A DNA stretch of 63,551 nt, counting the filler, from Octopus bimaculoides (lineage: Eukaryota): the NCBI RefSeq assembly GCF_001194135.2. It is 4 parts of 4 records of this genome, joined end to end, with 100 filler letters (N's around TTAATTAATTAA, not from the genome) between each part and the next. Parts side by side here need not be neighbours in the genome. Positions count along the whole stretch, not along the records: positions 50,891 to 59,378 come from NC_069002.1; positions 59,479 to 63,551 come from NC_068995.1; 2 more parts are not named here. The stretch is one strand, 5' to 3'. The notes beneath the pieces were generated by a model. It made no database searches. It was not told where the DNA came from and saw nothing but the letters and a program-made list of their open reading frames with translations. The translations under genes were made by a program, and so were the position numbers. This document shows positions 51,950 to 63,551 of the stretch, piece after piece (within the stretch, counting starts at the first letter, position 1; each line of letters starts with the position of its first letter).

Positions 51950-52578
51950 TTCATATATGCACATACATACATATATATATATACATACATATATATATAT
52001 ACATATATATATACATATATATATATACATATATATACATACATATATATACACATATATATATACATATATATACATACATATATATATACATATATAT
52101 ACATACATATATATACATATATATACATATATATACATATATATATACATATATATATGTACATATACATATATATATACATATATATATATACATATAT
52201 ATATACATATACATATATATATATACATATATATATATACATATACATATATATATATACATATACATATATATATATACATATATATATATATANNNNN
52301 NNNNNNNNNNNNNNNNNNNNNNNNNNNNNNNNNNNNNNNNNNNNNNNNNNNNNNNNNNNNNNNNNNNNNNNNNNNNNNNNNNNNNNNNNNNNNNNNNNNN
52401 NNNNNNNNNNNNNNNNNNNNNNNNNNNNNNNNNNNNNNNNNNNNNNNNNNNNNNNNNNNNNNNNNNNNNNNNNNNNNNNNNNNNNNNNNNNNNNNNNNNN
52501 NNNNNNNNNNNNNNNNNNNNNNNNNNNNNNNNNNNNNNNNNNNNNNNNNNNNNNNNNNNNNNNNNNNNNNNNNNNNNN

Positions 52579-52628
<50 letters not shown>

Positions 52629-52660
52629 TACATTCATATATGCATGCATACATGCAATAG
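51950..52660. repeat. Compound (TA)n/(TATACA)n microsatellite with a gap
   Basis: Directly visible. Confidence 0.95.
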
Positions 52661-53339
52661 TTGAGCACTTATCAGACTTTGTTGATTCATAGATTCGTCT
52701 CTTTGAAGGAAGTGACTTGCTTTGGGCACAAAAGAAATAGTCTTTACTTCTGTTTGTGCAGAGAGCATTCTGCCAAAAAAAACAAAACAAAAAAAACAAC
52801 ATATTTATAACTTTTCTCATTATTTTCCCGAATGTTTAAACATACACATAATGATATGTGTTCAATTGGTTTGAGCGATTTTGAAACCATTAGTAACATG
52901 GATTGACTGAATTCCATAACTGAATATTCATATATACATACATGCATAGATACATACATGCATATATACATAATAGCTGTGAACGCAAAGACAAATATGA
53001 CCATCACTGGCAGATAATCTTATCTGACATACGAAAGACAATGGCTGTCAGCAATGCTTATACAGAAATCTAAAGTCAATAATAACTTCGCGATACTGCT
53101 AAGATGCGCCTACAAAGCAAGGAAGTTCAGAAACAAGCATAAGTGAAGATTTCCAGCTTTTTTAATGAGGCAGGGGTTATTTTGGAATTTCGTTTTACTA
53201 AAGAGATTCTAAACGAAGAATAGGGGTTTCTCACTTGCAGCTATTGGATGGCCATTGACTCTGAGTTCCTTACCCTTTGACAGAATTTGTTTTTAATCCT
53301 GCAGGATGTCCAATGGAAACCACCTTCCTTGCCAAGCAA

Positions 53340-54531
53340 ACTTACTCTTTTACTCTTTTACTTGTTTCAGTCATTTGACTGCTGCCATGCTGGAGCACCG
53401 CTTTTAGTCAAGCAAATCGACCCCAAGACTTATTCTCTGTAAGCCTAGTACTTATTCTATCGGTCTCTTTTGCCGAACTGCTAAGTTACGGGGATGTGAA
53501 CACACCAGCGTCGGTTGTCAAGCAATGTTGGGGAGACAAACAGACACACACACACACACACATATATATATACATATATATACATATACATATATATATA
53601 CATNNNNNNNNNNNNNNNNNNNNNNNNNNNNNNNNNNNNNNNNNNNNNNNNNNNNNNNNNNNNNNNNNNNNNNNNNNNNNNNNNNNNNNNNNNNNNNNNN
53701 NNNNNNNNNNNNNNNNNNNNNNNNNNNNNNNNNNNNNNNNNNNNNNNNNNNNNNNNNNNNNNNNNNNNNNNNNNNNNNNNNNNNNNNNNNNNNNNNNNNN
53801 NNNNNNNNNNNNNNNNNNNNNNNNNNNNNNNNNNNNNNNNNNNNNNNNNNNNNNNNNNNNNNNNNNNNNNNNNNNNNNNNNNNNNNNNNNNNNNNNNNNN
53901 NNNNNNNNNNNNNNNNNNNNNNNNNNNNNNNNNNNNNNNNNNNNNNNNNNNNNNNNNNNNNNNNNNNNNNNNNNNNNNNNNNNNNNNNNNNNNNNNNNNN
54001 NNNNNNNNNNNNNNNNNNNNNNNNNNNNNNNNNNNNNNNNNNNNNNNNNNNNNNNNNNNNNNNNNNNNNNNNNNNNNNNNNNNNNNNNNNNNNNNNNNNN
54101 NNNNNNNNNNNNNNNNNNNNNNNNNNNNNNNNNNNNNNNNNNNNNNNNNNNNNNNNNNNNNNNNNNNNNNNNNNNNNNNNNNNNNNNNNNNNNNNNNNNN
54201 NNNNNNNNNNNNNNNNNNNNNNNNNNNNNNNNNNNNNNNNNNNNNNNNNNNNNNNNNNNNNNNNNNNNNNNNNNNNNNNNNNNNNNNNNNATAAAAAAGG
54301 GTAAAGGATTATCAATTTATTAATTAATAAATCAATTAACAATTAACAATTTTTACCACACACATACATATATATACATATATACGACGGGCTTCTTTCA
54401 GTTTCCGTCTACCAAATCCACTCACAAGGCTTTGGTCGGCCCGAAGCTATAGTAGAAGACACTTGCCCAAGGTGCCAAGCAGTGGGACTGAACCCGGAAC
54501 CATGTGGCTGGTAAGCAAGCTACTTACCACA
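53340..54531 (-). mobile_element. SINE family B split by an N gap at its internal microsatellite
   Basis: 3' half at 53340-53603 and 5' half at about 54360-54531; these could be two different copies. Confidence 0.75.
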
Positions 54532-54829
54532 CTTGGTAAAGTTGTTGGTTTAGTTGCTGGTGGCTCAAGATGTATTGGGTTGTGTTACCAGCTGCACTAA
54601 GAGTAACCTAACATACATACATACATGTATATATATGTATATAAAACCTTGAAATGCTATGATCTTCTAAGAAAGAGCAAATGGAACTGATGTGCATTCT
54701 CCAAATCTGTCCATTCTATTAGTGGCACAGTGAGACTTCTAAGTCATACCAAAGATTCTCCATCTGAGATTTTTTAAAATGAATAAATGCAAACATTTGG
54801 TTGTAAAAAAAAAAAGAAAAAAAAAACTG

Positions 54830-55150
54830 GGACTCTGTCAGTTATGATGAGGGTTCCAGTTGATCCGATCAACGGAACAGCTTGCTCATGAAATTAATGT
54901 GCAAGTGGCTGAGCACTCCATAAATTCATGTATCTTTAATGTAGTCCACTGGGAACTTCAGCGTGACACAGAAAATGACAAGGTTAGCCCATTTTGAAAT
55001 ACAGGTACTACTCATTTTTGCTTGCTGAGTGAACTGGAGCAATGTGAAATAAAGTGTCTTGCTCAAGGACACAATGCATCGCCAGGAATTGAACTCACAG
55101 CCATATGATTGTGATCCGAATGACCTAACCACTAAGCCATGCACCAACAC
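54830..55150 (-). mobile_element. tRNA-derived SINE family D; its 3' domain is shared with the SINE at 57010
   Basis: Minus strand CATGGCTTAGTGGTTAGG..GAGTTCAATTCC..TGTGTCCTTGAGCAAGACACT; the tail GTTGATCGGATCAACTGGAACCCTC also occurs at 57339-57363. Confidence 0.8.
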
Positions 55151-55769
55151 ATTTGGCTGTGTGCATCTGCAAAAACATGGTTATAAGAAGTAATGGTGTA
55201 CACACACACACACACACACACAGACGTCTATAGATTTCTAGACCAATTCATCTTTGTGCAACTGCTGGATAATTTGTCTATTGATCATCTTAACAATCTT
55301 ACTTATTGGCATGAGTGCCAGTATTGCTTTTTCTCAGAGGAATTTGTGATTGTGGCCATTTGCAGCTAAAGCTGAATGCAGTGAAAAACTTTTTTTGTTG
55401 AGTTGACCAATGGCTGATGTCAATTTGTTAATGCCAACCACAGAGAAGTTTCTATTTTGGTTAGGTACACTAATTCTTCTGAGTTTTAGAAGTTTCATAA
55501 TGATATCAACTGAGTGTTAGTCAAGTTAACCCTCTCAGATCAGGGCCTCTGTGTCGAACTTTACCCTCCACCTAGGTTCTTGAGCAAAAATATAAATAGC
55601 CGCATGCATAGAGCTCAAGGGTAATGGTTGCAGGTAAACCAATGGACAGAATTACAAACAAATTCAAGAGAAAAACAATAACAGGCCTATCTCTCAACCG
55701 CAACATTTGTTCACCTGAATCATTACTTTCCTCACCATTTTCACGAAATCACTATCATTGCCAGCATAA

Positions 55770-56845
55770 AATTACCAGAGTCATTTCCTTGTTTAAAAAG
55801 GGTGACCACACATCACCTGTCAACCAATTTCCAGTCGATCTTACTAGCTGCATCACCAAACTGATGGAATCCTGTATCCGAGAAACACTGTGGAACTTCT
55901 GGAGTTCTCACGGCCTTGTTCAATCCTCACAATTTGGATTTATCCGCAACTCCAGCTGCTGTCTGTAACCAAATCATGGACTTTCTTGAGGACATCACCT
56001 GAATCATTGATCATGGCTAATAGGTGGATGTTATCTATCTTGGCTTTGTCAAAGTCTTTAATTCTGTGCCACACAAATGACTCATGGCAAAATTCTTTGC
56101 AAAGGGTGTGAAAGATGATCTCTTTAACTGGTTAAAGTCCTTCATTCTCGGTTGAAAAGCAGTAGTCATGATTCTAAGACATCATTTTTCATCCTCTGAG
56201 ATGGCATCTGGTGTACCACAGGGATCTGTTGTTAGTTGCATATATTAATAACGGTGACACGTAAAAGCACCCACTACGCTCTCTGAGTGGTTGGCGTTAG
56301 GAAGGGCATCCAGCCGTAGAAACTCTGCCAAATCAGATTGGAGCCTGGTGTTGCCATCCGGTTTCACCAGTCCTCAGTCAAATCGTCCAACCCATGCTAA
56401 CATGGAAAGCGGACGTTAAACGATGTTGATAATGATGATGATGATGTTACAGTGTTGAAATATGCAGACAACATCAAGTTGTACTTCGAGATAAAAAGAA
56501 TGGATACTATACGCTATAGACTTGGACACAATGTAGGAATTGGTTACTGACTGGCAACTCAAGCTGGGCTGTGAACAAGTGCATCACCATGGGAGGAAAA
56601 ACTCAGCTTTTACATACTTCCTCAGCGACACCAATCTTAAGAAGTCTGCAAGTGAACGTGACCTAGGTATTATTGTCAAAGCTGAGGGTGTCCTAGCATC
56701 AGTCTGTAAGACCTTTGTCAGCCCCTCTCCAGCTATCTACCGAAAACTTTATATGACTATGGTGCGTCCACGCATAGAGTTTGCGTCACTAGTCTGGAAC
56801 CCCTATCTTGCTTGGCTTATCAATCTTTTGGAAACGAGGCTATAG
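55770..56845 (+). mobile_element. CR1/L2-group LINE reverse transcriptase relic interrupted by a (GAT)n-tailed retroposon
   Basis: LFKKGD..P.N..P..LTSCITKLMES, QFGF, DVIYL.F.K.F.SVPH, SGVPQGSV, [insert about 56253-56440], LKYADNIKLY, ERDLGI, LYMTMVRPRIEFASLVWNPY. Confidence 0.9.
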
Positions 56846-57009
56846 TAGGAGACACTTGCCCAAGGTGCCACACTGTGGGACTGAACCCAGAACCATGTGG
56901 TCGGTAAGCAAGCTACTTATCACGCAGCCACTCCTGCACCTATAAAAGTTGTGTCCGTGGGTGAATTCTGCAGACATTAATGAATTTCCACCTGTATATC
57001 CAGTGAAAG

Positions 57010-57398
57010 TGGAGGCACAATGGCCCAGTGATTAGGGCAGCGGACTCGCAGTCATAGGACCGCGGTTTCGATTCCCAGACCGGGCGTTGTGTGTGTTTAT
57101 TGAGCGAAAACACCTAAAGCTCCACGAGGCTCCGGCAGGGGATGGTGGCGAACCCTGCTGTACTCTTTCACCACAACTTTCTCTCACTCTTACTTCCTGT
57201 TTCTGTTGTGCCTGTAATTCAAAGGGTCAGCCTTGTCACACTGTGTCATGCTGAATATCCCCGAGAACTACGTTAAGGGTACACATGTCTGTGGAATGCT
57301 CAACCACTTGCATGTTAATTTCACGAGCAGGCTGTTTCGTTGATCGGATCAACTGGAACCCTCGACGTCGTAAGCGACGGAGTGCCAACAACAACAAC
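57010..57398 (+). mobile_element. Full-length tRNA-derived SINE family C with an (AAC)n tail
   Basis: Head TGGCCCAGTGATTAGGGCAGCGGACTCGCAG..GGTTTCGATTCCC; CpG-rich; ends GGAGTGCCAACAACAACAAC. Confidence 0.85.
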
Positions 57399-57872
57399 AT
57401 CCAGTGATAGAAGTATGGTAACATATGGTAGCTGAGAAGCGTTGAGGAGATTTGAAATGTGCGTTATAAGGGTTATTACTCAGACGGCATGAAATATATA
57501 TACAGTGAAGATAATTAATATTCTATGTCTTGACACTTTTATCAATGAAAACACTATCTAGTTTGTCTTCAAATGTATGAAGACAGCATACACACTTTAC
57601 AGATATATATATGTAGGTGCTATTTACTCTCCTTGTTTACAAATGTCTCAGAAGACATTCGATGTTTTGTCAGTTTCCATATGTCTGTGAAAACGCTTTT
57701 AATTCTCTTTATTTTCACATATTGGTGGAAATAAAAGAAATTAAAATAAAATCTTAGTCTTGTTAATATATTTAAGTCTATGAGGTTAGGTGAGTAATTT
57801 TCAAGCTGTTTACATCAGACATCATTTACAACACACATACACAGACACACGCATTTACAAATTTATGAACGC

Positions 57873-57972
<100 letters not shown>

Positions 57973-58379
57973 GAATGTATATTTGTATGTGTATTGTAGG
58001 CGTCATAAATCTTCTAGAATATAATTGTTTCAGTTTAAACAATAGATCTTAATGCCATGGCCAGACAAGTACAGCGCGGATATATGTGTGTGTGTGTGTG
58101 TGTATGTGTGTGCATTTTATATATTATATATATGCTTGTGTAAGATGTATATGAAATATATAGATACATATAAACAAACATTCATACACATGTGTGTGTA
58201 TATATCTATATGTGTATATATGTGTGTACATTATAGATATACATACATACATTTATATATATTATCACAAACTGAGACTCACACATATATATATACATAT
58301 ATAAATATGATTATATATATATGTGTTTATATAAATATATATCTATATATAAATAGATACATATATATTTATATATATG

Positions 58380-58413
<34 letters not shown>

Positions 58414-58438
58414 GTATATATATGCTATATATTATAAA

Positions 58439-58487
<49 letters not shown>

Positions 58488-59005
58488 CACGCAAACACAT
58501 GTACACACTTATACATGCTATTATCAAATGTGTATATGTGTGTGTTTGTCTGTGTGTGTGTGTGTGTATGAGTTGGTGCTTCCTCTGTTTTTATATTGCG
58601 TGATTGTTGTAAACAAATGTTGCCATCATAGAAGCGATTTCCTTTGTTTCAAAACTTCCACTCATGAAGAAATATAATCTTATTTGGAAACTGGTGGAGG
58701 TTTTGTGACAAGAAAGGCACCTGACCATTGAACATCTACCTCAGCAAATCCCAGTCATCCCATCCCATGCAAGCATGAGACAATTGACATTAAAATGGTG
58801 ATGATGGTATGATACATGTACACACAATGGTAGCCTCATCTTGTCAGATGATAGCTGTCTCACATTCAGCCTGATTGTTCTGATTTACTTTCATCCTTAC
58901 CTGTGCACGGACATGGCTTTCCATGCCACACATCCACTGCCGTAGGACTTTATAGAATACAAACCAAATAAAAAAATTTGATGATTGTGAGAGGATTGGA
59001 TTTAA

Positions 59006-59225
59006 CCCTTTCGATACCAACCTGGCTGAAACCACCTCTGGCTCTATAGTACAAATGTCATGTTTGCATAAGTTTTGAATTAAAATCTTCCACCAAACCT
59101 TAGTCACAATTTATGTTCCTAACACTAGCTGAGTAATAACTAAATTATTTTACTAAATTCTTGTTATATTTAAAATTAATTGAAAGAAACACAGAGCATC
59201 TCAAAATAAATACAGTAACAAAAGA
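59006..59225. mobile_element. piggyBac-like MITE (left end TTAA-CCCTTTCGATACC); right end apparently truncated
   Basis: TTAA at 59002-05 followed by CCCTT; the right end reads CAGTAACAAAAG and lacks a terminal GGGTTAA. Confidence 0.4.
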
Positions 59226-59271
59226 CATTATTTACATTTGACGGATATTTGTCCTCATCTTGTTTGTTGTT

Positions 59272-59317
59272 AACACAACGTTTCGGCTGATATACCCCCC
59301 AGCCTTCGTCAGGTATC
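59272..59317 (-). ncRNA. Intact minimal type-I hammerhead ribozyme motif (PLE pLTR type)
   Basis: Minus strand: GATAC-CTGACGA-A-GGCTG-(10 nt)-CAGCC-GAAAC-GTT-GTGTT. Canonical CUGANGA and GAAA, perfect 5-bp stem II, 5-bp stem I with two G-U pairs, palindromic ACGU in place of stem III, GUU triplet. Confidence 0.8.
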
Positions 59318-59422
59318 TTGGGGAAATTTCGAACCTGGGTTCTCATTCCTGACGATGTTACTATTATTATATTATTATNNNNNNNNNNNNNNNNNNNNNN
59401 NNNNNNNNNNNNNNNNNNNNNN

Positions 59423-59434
59423 TTAATTAATTAA
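59423..59434. other. Artificial scaffold-join spacer
   Basis: 44 N, TTAATTAATTAA, 44 N. Confidence 0.9.
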
Positions 59435-59525
59435 NNNNNNNNNNNNNNNNNNNNNNNNNNNNNNNNNNNNNNNNNNNNCATCTCCCGTTTCCCCTCATCT
59501 ACCACCCTTTCACCCTAACCCTCCA

Positions 59526-60055
59526 ATGCACCATTCTCCGAGCCTTCCAGTTACAGTAGTCCGACTACTCCACCACACACATCCTCCCTCCTTCAAACAA
59601 GCCCATAACCTGTGTGACCTCCTGGTCCACAGTTTCTTCCCTACCCCTGCCTCCCAGCCTGGCTCCTTCCTCTGCCCATGTTGTCACACCTGCACCTTCC
59701 TTTCTAATACCACTATCCTCACAGGCACCCATCCCCATCCCTATCACGTCACCGACTCATTTATCTGCACCTTTAGTAATTTTATTTACTGCATCTCCTG
59801 CTCTCTCTGTCCTTCCCTGTACATTGGTCAAATGGGACACTGGTTGGCAGACCAACGGAGTACCTCCAAGATATCAGACTTGGCAATGGCACCCTGGTCT
59901 CGCACCACTTCCGCTCTACTGGTCATTCACTACAACATCTGTCTGTGTTCGGACTGTCTCTGCACTGGGGCCACCCCGACTCCCATCTTTGCCATGAACA
60001 GGAGCTAATCTTCTCTCTTCACTCCTTTGTGCCATATGGGCTCAACTCACCTCTT
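59526..60055 (+). mobile_element. Penelope-like element, Cys-rich linker plus GIY-YIG endonuclease relic
   Basis: FKQAHNLCDLLVHS..PGSFLCPCCHTC..FICTFSNFIYCISCSLCPSLYIGQMG.., then after frameshifts VSHHF..GHSLQHLSVFGL..HEQELIFSLHSFVPYGLN; typical PLE N.IY.I.C..C...YIGQT and .P.GLN motifs. Confidence 0.85.
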
Positions 60056-60656
60056 CATCTGACACCAACTCCACATAGATGCCCACACACTTCCCATATT
60101 CAACTGCCCCCTCCACCCACACATCTGCATACCGCCTACCTGAGTACCCTCACCACATATGCTCTTCCTAACAGCAACCACTCTGAGAATGTAGTGGGTG
60201 CTTTTTATGTGCCACCAGCATAGGAGCCAGCCTGGCATCAATCACATTTGGATAGTGCTTTTTACATGCCACCGGCACGGGAGCCAGTCAAGGGGCACTA
60301 TATATATGTATATATATATATATATAGGCGCAGGCATGGCTGTGTGGTAAGTAGCTTGCCACACGCAGTGGGACTGAGCCTGGAACCATGTGGTTGGTAA
60401 GGAAGCTATGCCAAAGCATACAATGGAACCTGATGCAGCTCTCTGGCTTGCCAGGTCTTGTCATGCCATGCAATACATACCAACATGGAAGATGGATATT
60501 AAACGATGATAATATTTATGTTTTAAATCTGTTTATAGGAAATGTTTTGAATATGCAAATAAAGCTCCTATTCTGTTATGCAAGCTACAGCCTAAGGATG
60601 CTGACTGGGGTTGCATCAAGCTGTATGATATAACGAAGGACAAACATAGTAGTAAT

Positions 60657-61037
60657 AACAAGAAGAGCACTCAGAGAGGGCAAACCTCTGTCAAGACAAC
60701 ACCAACGTCCTCTCAACGATTAGCCAGGGATGATTTTTTAAATGAGAATGTCTGAAATAAACTCGACTGCTCTCACAAATGAGAATACTAAAAATGAACC
60801 CAACCACTCTCAAAAATTAAGTAAAAAAAAAACCAGGAAAAATAATCCAGAATCCTTGTCCAGTACCGGACAGTACCTTGTCCAGTACCAAAATCTAATC
60901 AGTTTGTGCCAGTCATGAAACCAAACATCCCTGGAAGTTTCATCCAAATCCATCCAGCGGTTCTTGAGATATTTTGTCCATGGACAAACAAACACAACTG
61001 AAAATAATACCTCTGCCTTTGCTAAGGTGGAGGTAAT
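60657..61037 (+). mobile_element. Non-autonomous Helentron/HINE-like element
   Basis: 5' AACAAGAAGAGCACTCAGAGAGGGCAAACCTCTGTCAAG; internal AAGTTTCATCCAAATCCATCCAG; 3' hairpin ACCTCTGCCTTTGCTAAGGTGGAGGT, related to the 5' motif. Confidence 0.55.
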
Positions 61038-61370
61038 AATCCTTGGATGGAATTTATAAATGTTTAATGCATTGTTATGAGCGTTTCAACAAATCACGTG
61101 TCTCTTAAGGTCACAGTCTGTATTCCTGGGATGATTACAGTGTAGTGTGTAGTATCCATGGGCATTGGGTAGATCATCTTCATGGATTTGTTCCTTCAGG
61201 ATATATATATAACAGTAATGGGTGTTTAACAGAGGGTTGTTTAACCCTTTTGACCAGTGCAAAATGTTGATTGAGTTATGTATATATTTATATGTATGTA
61301 CATATAAATGTATACATCATTCTCTCTCTATATATGTGTGTGTGTGTGTGTGTATGTATATATACATGTG

Positions 61371-61447
<77 letters not shown>

Positions 61448-61595
61448 GAAGAAGAAGAAGAAAGAGAGAGAGAGGGTGGTTGAGGTGAGGGAATTAATGA
61501 AACCTAGATGGTTATTAGTAGAATGATGATTATCAGTTATTTTCAGACCACCATCTAAATGGTATCTACTCTTCCTCTCCCACCTCCTTTTCTCC

Positions 61596-61628
<33 letters not shown>

Positions 61629-62153
61629 TTGTCTGTCTGTCCCCCCCCCCTCTCTCCATTCTACTACCTCTACCTTCGCTTCTTCATCACTGCCATTTCT
61701 TCTAATATATTCCTGCCATTAGACTCATCGCACACTTCACAAAATCAATCTTTTCTTTTCTTTTCTTTTTCTTTTTTTTTTCCCCCTGTATTTCAATCTA
61801 TTTTATCTGTGATGTCTGCATATTTCATTCTTCACTGTTTTTCTTCTCTCACTACAATCTAATCTACCTGGAACTAAACAAACCAAAGACATTCCTGCTG
61901 ACATGGCAATATCACTATTTTACAACATGCTCTGTCTGTATGCCTGGCTGTCTGCCTCCATCCATCTCCCTCTGTCTGTCTCTCTCTCTCTCTCTCTCTT
62001 TCTCTCTTTCTCTTCTTTCCTCTCTCCCTCTCTCTCTTTTGTGCATGTGCTCTGATTAGTCATTTTAGCAGACTATACATTATATACATGCACACACACA
62101 TGCATGCAAACACACAGACGCACATGCACACACACAAACACAAAGACACACAT

Positions 62154-62206
<53 letters not shown>

Positions 62207-62348
62207 TGTATGTATGTATGTATGTATGTATATGTATATTATGTATATGAGCGAATCAATGGATGATATATATATACATATATATATATATACACACACA
62301 TACACATTATTTACATATAGTTATACATAGACATACATACACACACTA

Positions 62349-62382
<34 letters not shown>

Positions 62383-63404
62383 TTGTATTAATTTACTGAG
62401 TGTGTGTACATGTGTGCGTGTGTATGTATGCATGTGTGTGTGTGTATGTATATATNNNNNNNNNNNNNNNNNNNNNNNNNNNNNNNNNNNNNNNNNNNNN
62501 NNNNNNNNNNNNNNNNNNNNNNNNNNNNNNNNNNNNNNNNNNNNNNNNNNNNNNNNNNNNNNNNNNNNNNNNNNNNNNNNNNNNNNNNNNNNNNNNNNNN
62601 NNNNNNNNNNNNNNNNNNNNNNNNNNNNNNNNNNNNNNNNNNNNNNNNNNNNNNNNNNNNNNNNNNNNNNNNNNNNNNNNNNNNNNNNNNNNNNNNNNNN
62701 NNNNNNNNNNNNNNNNNNNNNNNNNNNNNNNNNNNNNNNNNNNNNNNNNNNNNNNNNNNNNNNNNNNNNNNNNNNNNNNNNNNNNNNNNNNNNNNNNNNN
62801 NNNNNNNNNCAGTGTGTGTATTTGTAGTTCTGTGTCAGTGTGTGCATGTGTGTGTGTGGTGGTGGTGCTTTATTTATAATTTCTCTCATCTATTTACAGA
62901 GCCAAGATAACATCAACTTTTCCACTGAGAAGCAGCTCAACTGTTGTTGTTTCTGTTCTTATTGTTGTTGTTCTAATTGATGTCATTACTACTGCTGCTG
63001 CTGCTGCTGTTGTTGTTGTTGTTGTCAAGACCCTGATCGGGGGGGGGGGCCCTGGTTTAGTTGCCCTATCATTAAGAGACATTCTAAGCATGACGTCATC
63101 CTGCCATTATTTTGAAAGCTATCTAAGAAACACATTGTTATTTGTGTCTCTTTTCCAATAGGGAATGATTCGAGGTGAAATTGGCTATTATTTTTAGCTT
63201 GTCAAGCAACTATTCAACTATTACGTAGAGGATTGTCTTATCAAGTGGGTTTTATTTATAGTAACTCTACCCTGACCATTGTCCTACTTCGGTCATTGTT
63301 CTCAAACTTGTTTTCTTCTACATGTTGCACAGGACAGCTGAAACAGACGACACCTCTCACTTGCAATATCTTTTACATAATCCTTGTGCCTAGAGTAGAA
63401 AGGA

Positions 63405-63551
63405 TTATCATTATTATTATTATTATTATTATTATTTTATGTTTGACTTTTGCTTTGCATTTGTACAAGTTGGATCCAAGTCTCACCCAGAGACCTCAAG
63501 AGACAACAAGTTAGAAGTTCATGTAGGTGTTATGCCTAGGGTACCATATAT
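63405..63551 (-). mobile_element. LINE 3' end with a (TAA)n tail, possibly R4/Dong-type; truncated by the window edge
   Basis: Minus strand ends ..CAAATGCAAAGCAAAAGTCAAACATAAAATAATAATAAT; clade inferred only from tail type. Confidence 0.4.

Noticed and set aside
57010-57085. tRNA-like sequence, and similar heads of other SINEs
   Set aside because: Continues into a SINE body and tail; no matching acceptor stem.

Overview
Eukaryotic, AT-rich, repeat-dominated genomic DNA with many N gaps. There is no prokaryotic operon, CRISPR array, rRNA gene or true tRNA gene. The repeat families look like those of octopus (coleoid cephalopod); this is recognition from memory, not a database result. Almost all ORFs in the supplied track are artefacts of microsatellites, low-complexity trinucleotide tracts or N runs. 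Supported content: (1) several tRNA-derived SINE families; (2) decayed DNA transposons: a Chapaev3/CMC-like element with both termini, a hAT/Charlie-like element with an exact 8-bp TSD, Tc1/mariner and pogo/Tigger fragments, MITEs, a Helentron-type element and a 1.2-kb foldback; (3) LINE fragments (CR1/L2-type RT, R4/Dong-type endonuclease, RTE-like C2H2 tail); (4) Penelope-like element pieces. Most notable: four minimal type-I hammerhead ribozyme motifs, one (59272-59317, minus) with an intact core and stems; a SINE dimer inserted as one unit with an 11-bp TSD; and an apparent rise in CpG decay right of about 51 kb. Some small plus-strand exon candidates are phase-compatible, but I cannot identify the gene and confidence is low. 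Three 44N-TTAATTAATTAA-44N spacers are artificial joins, so adjacency across them is unproven.
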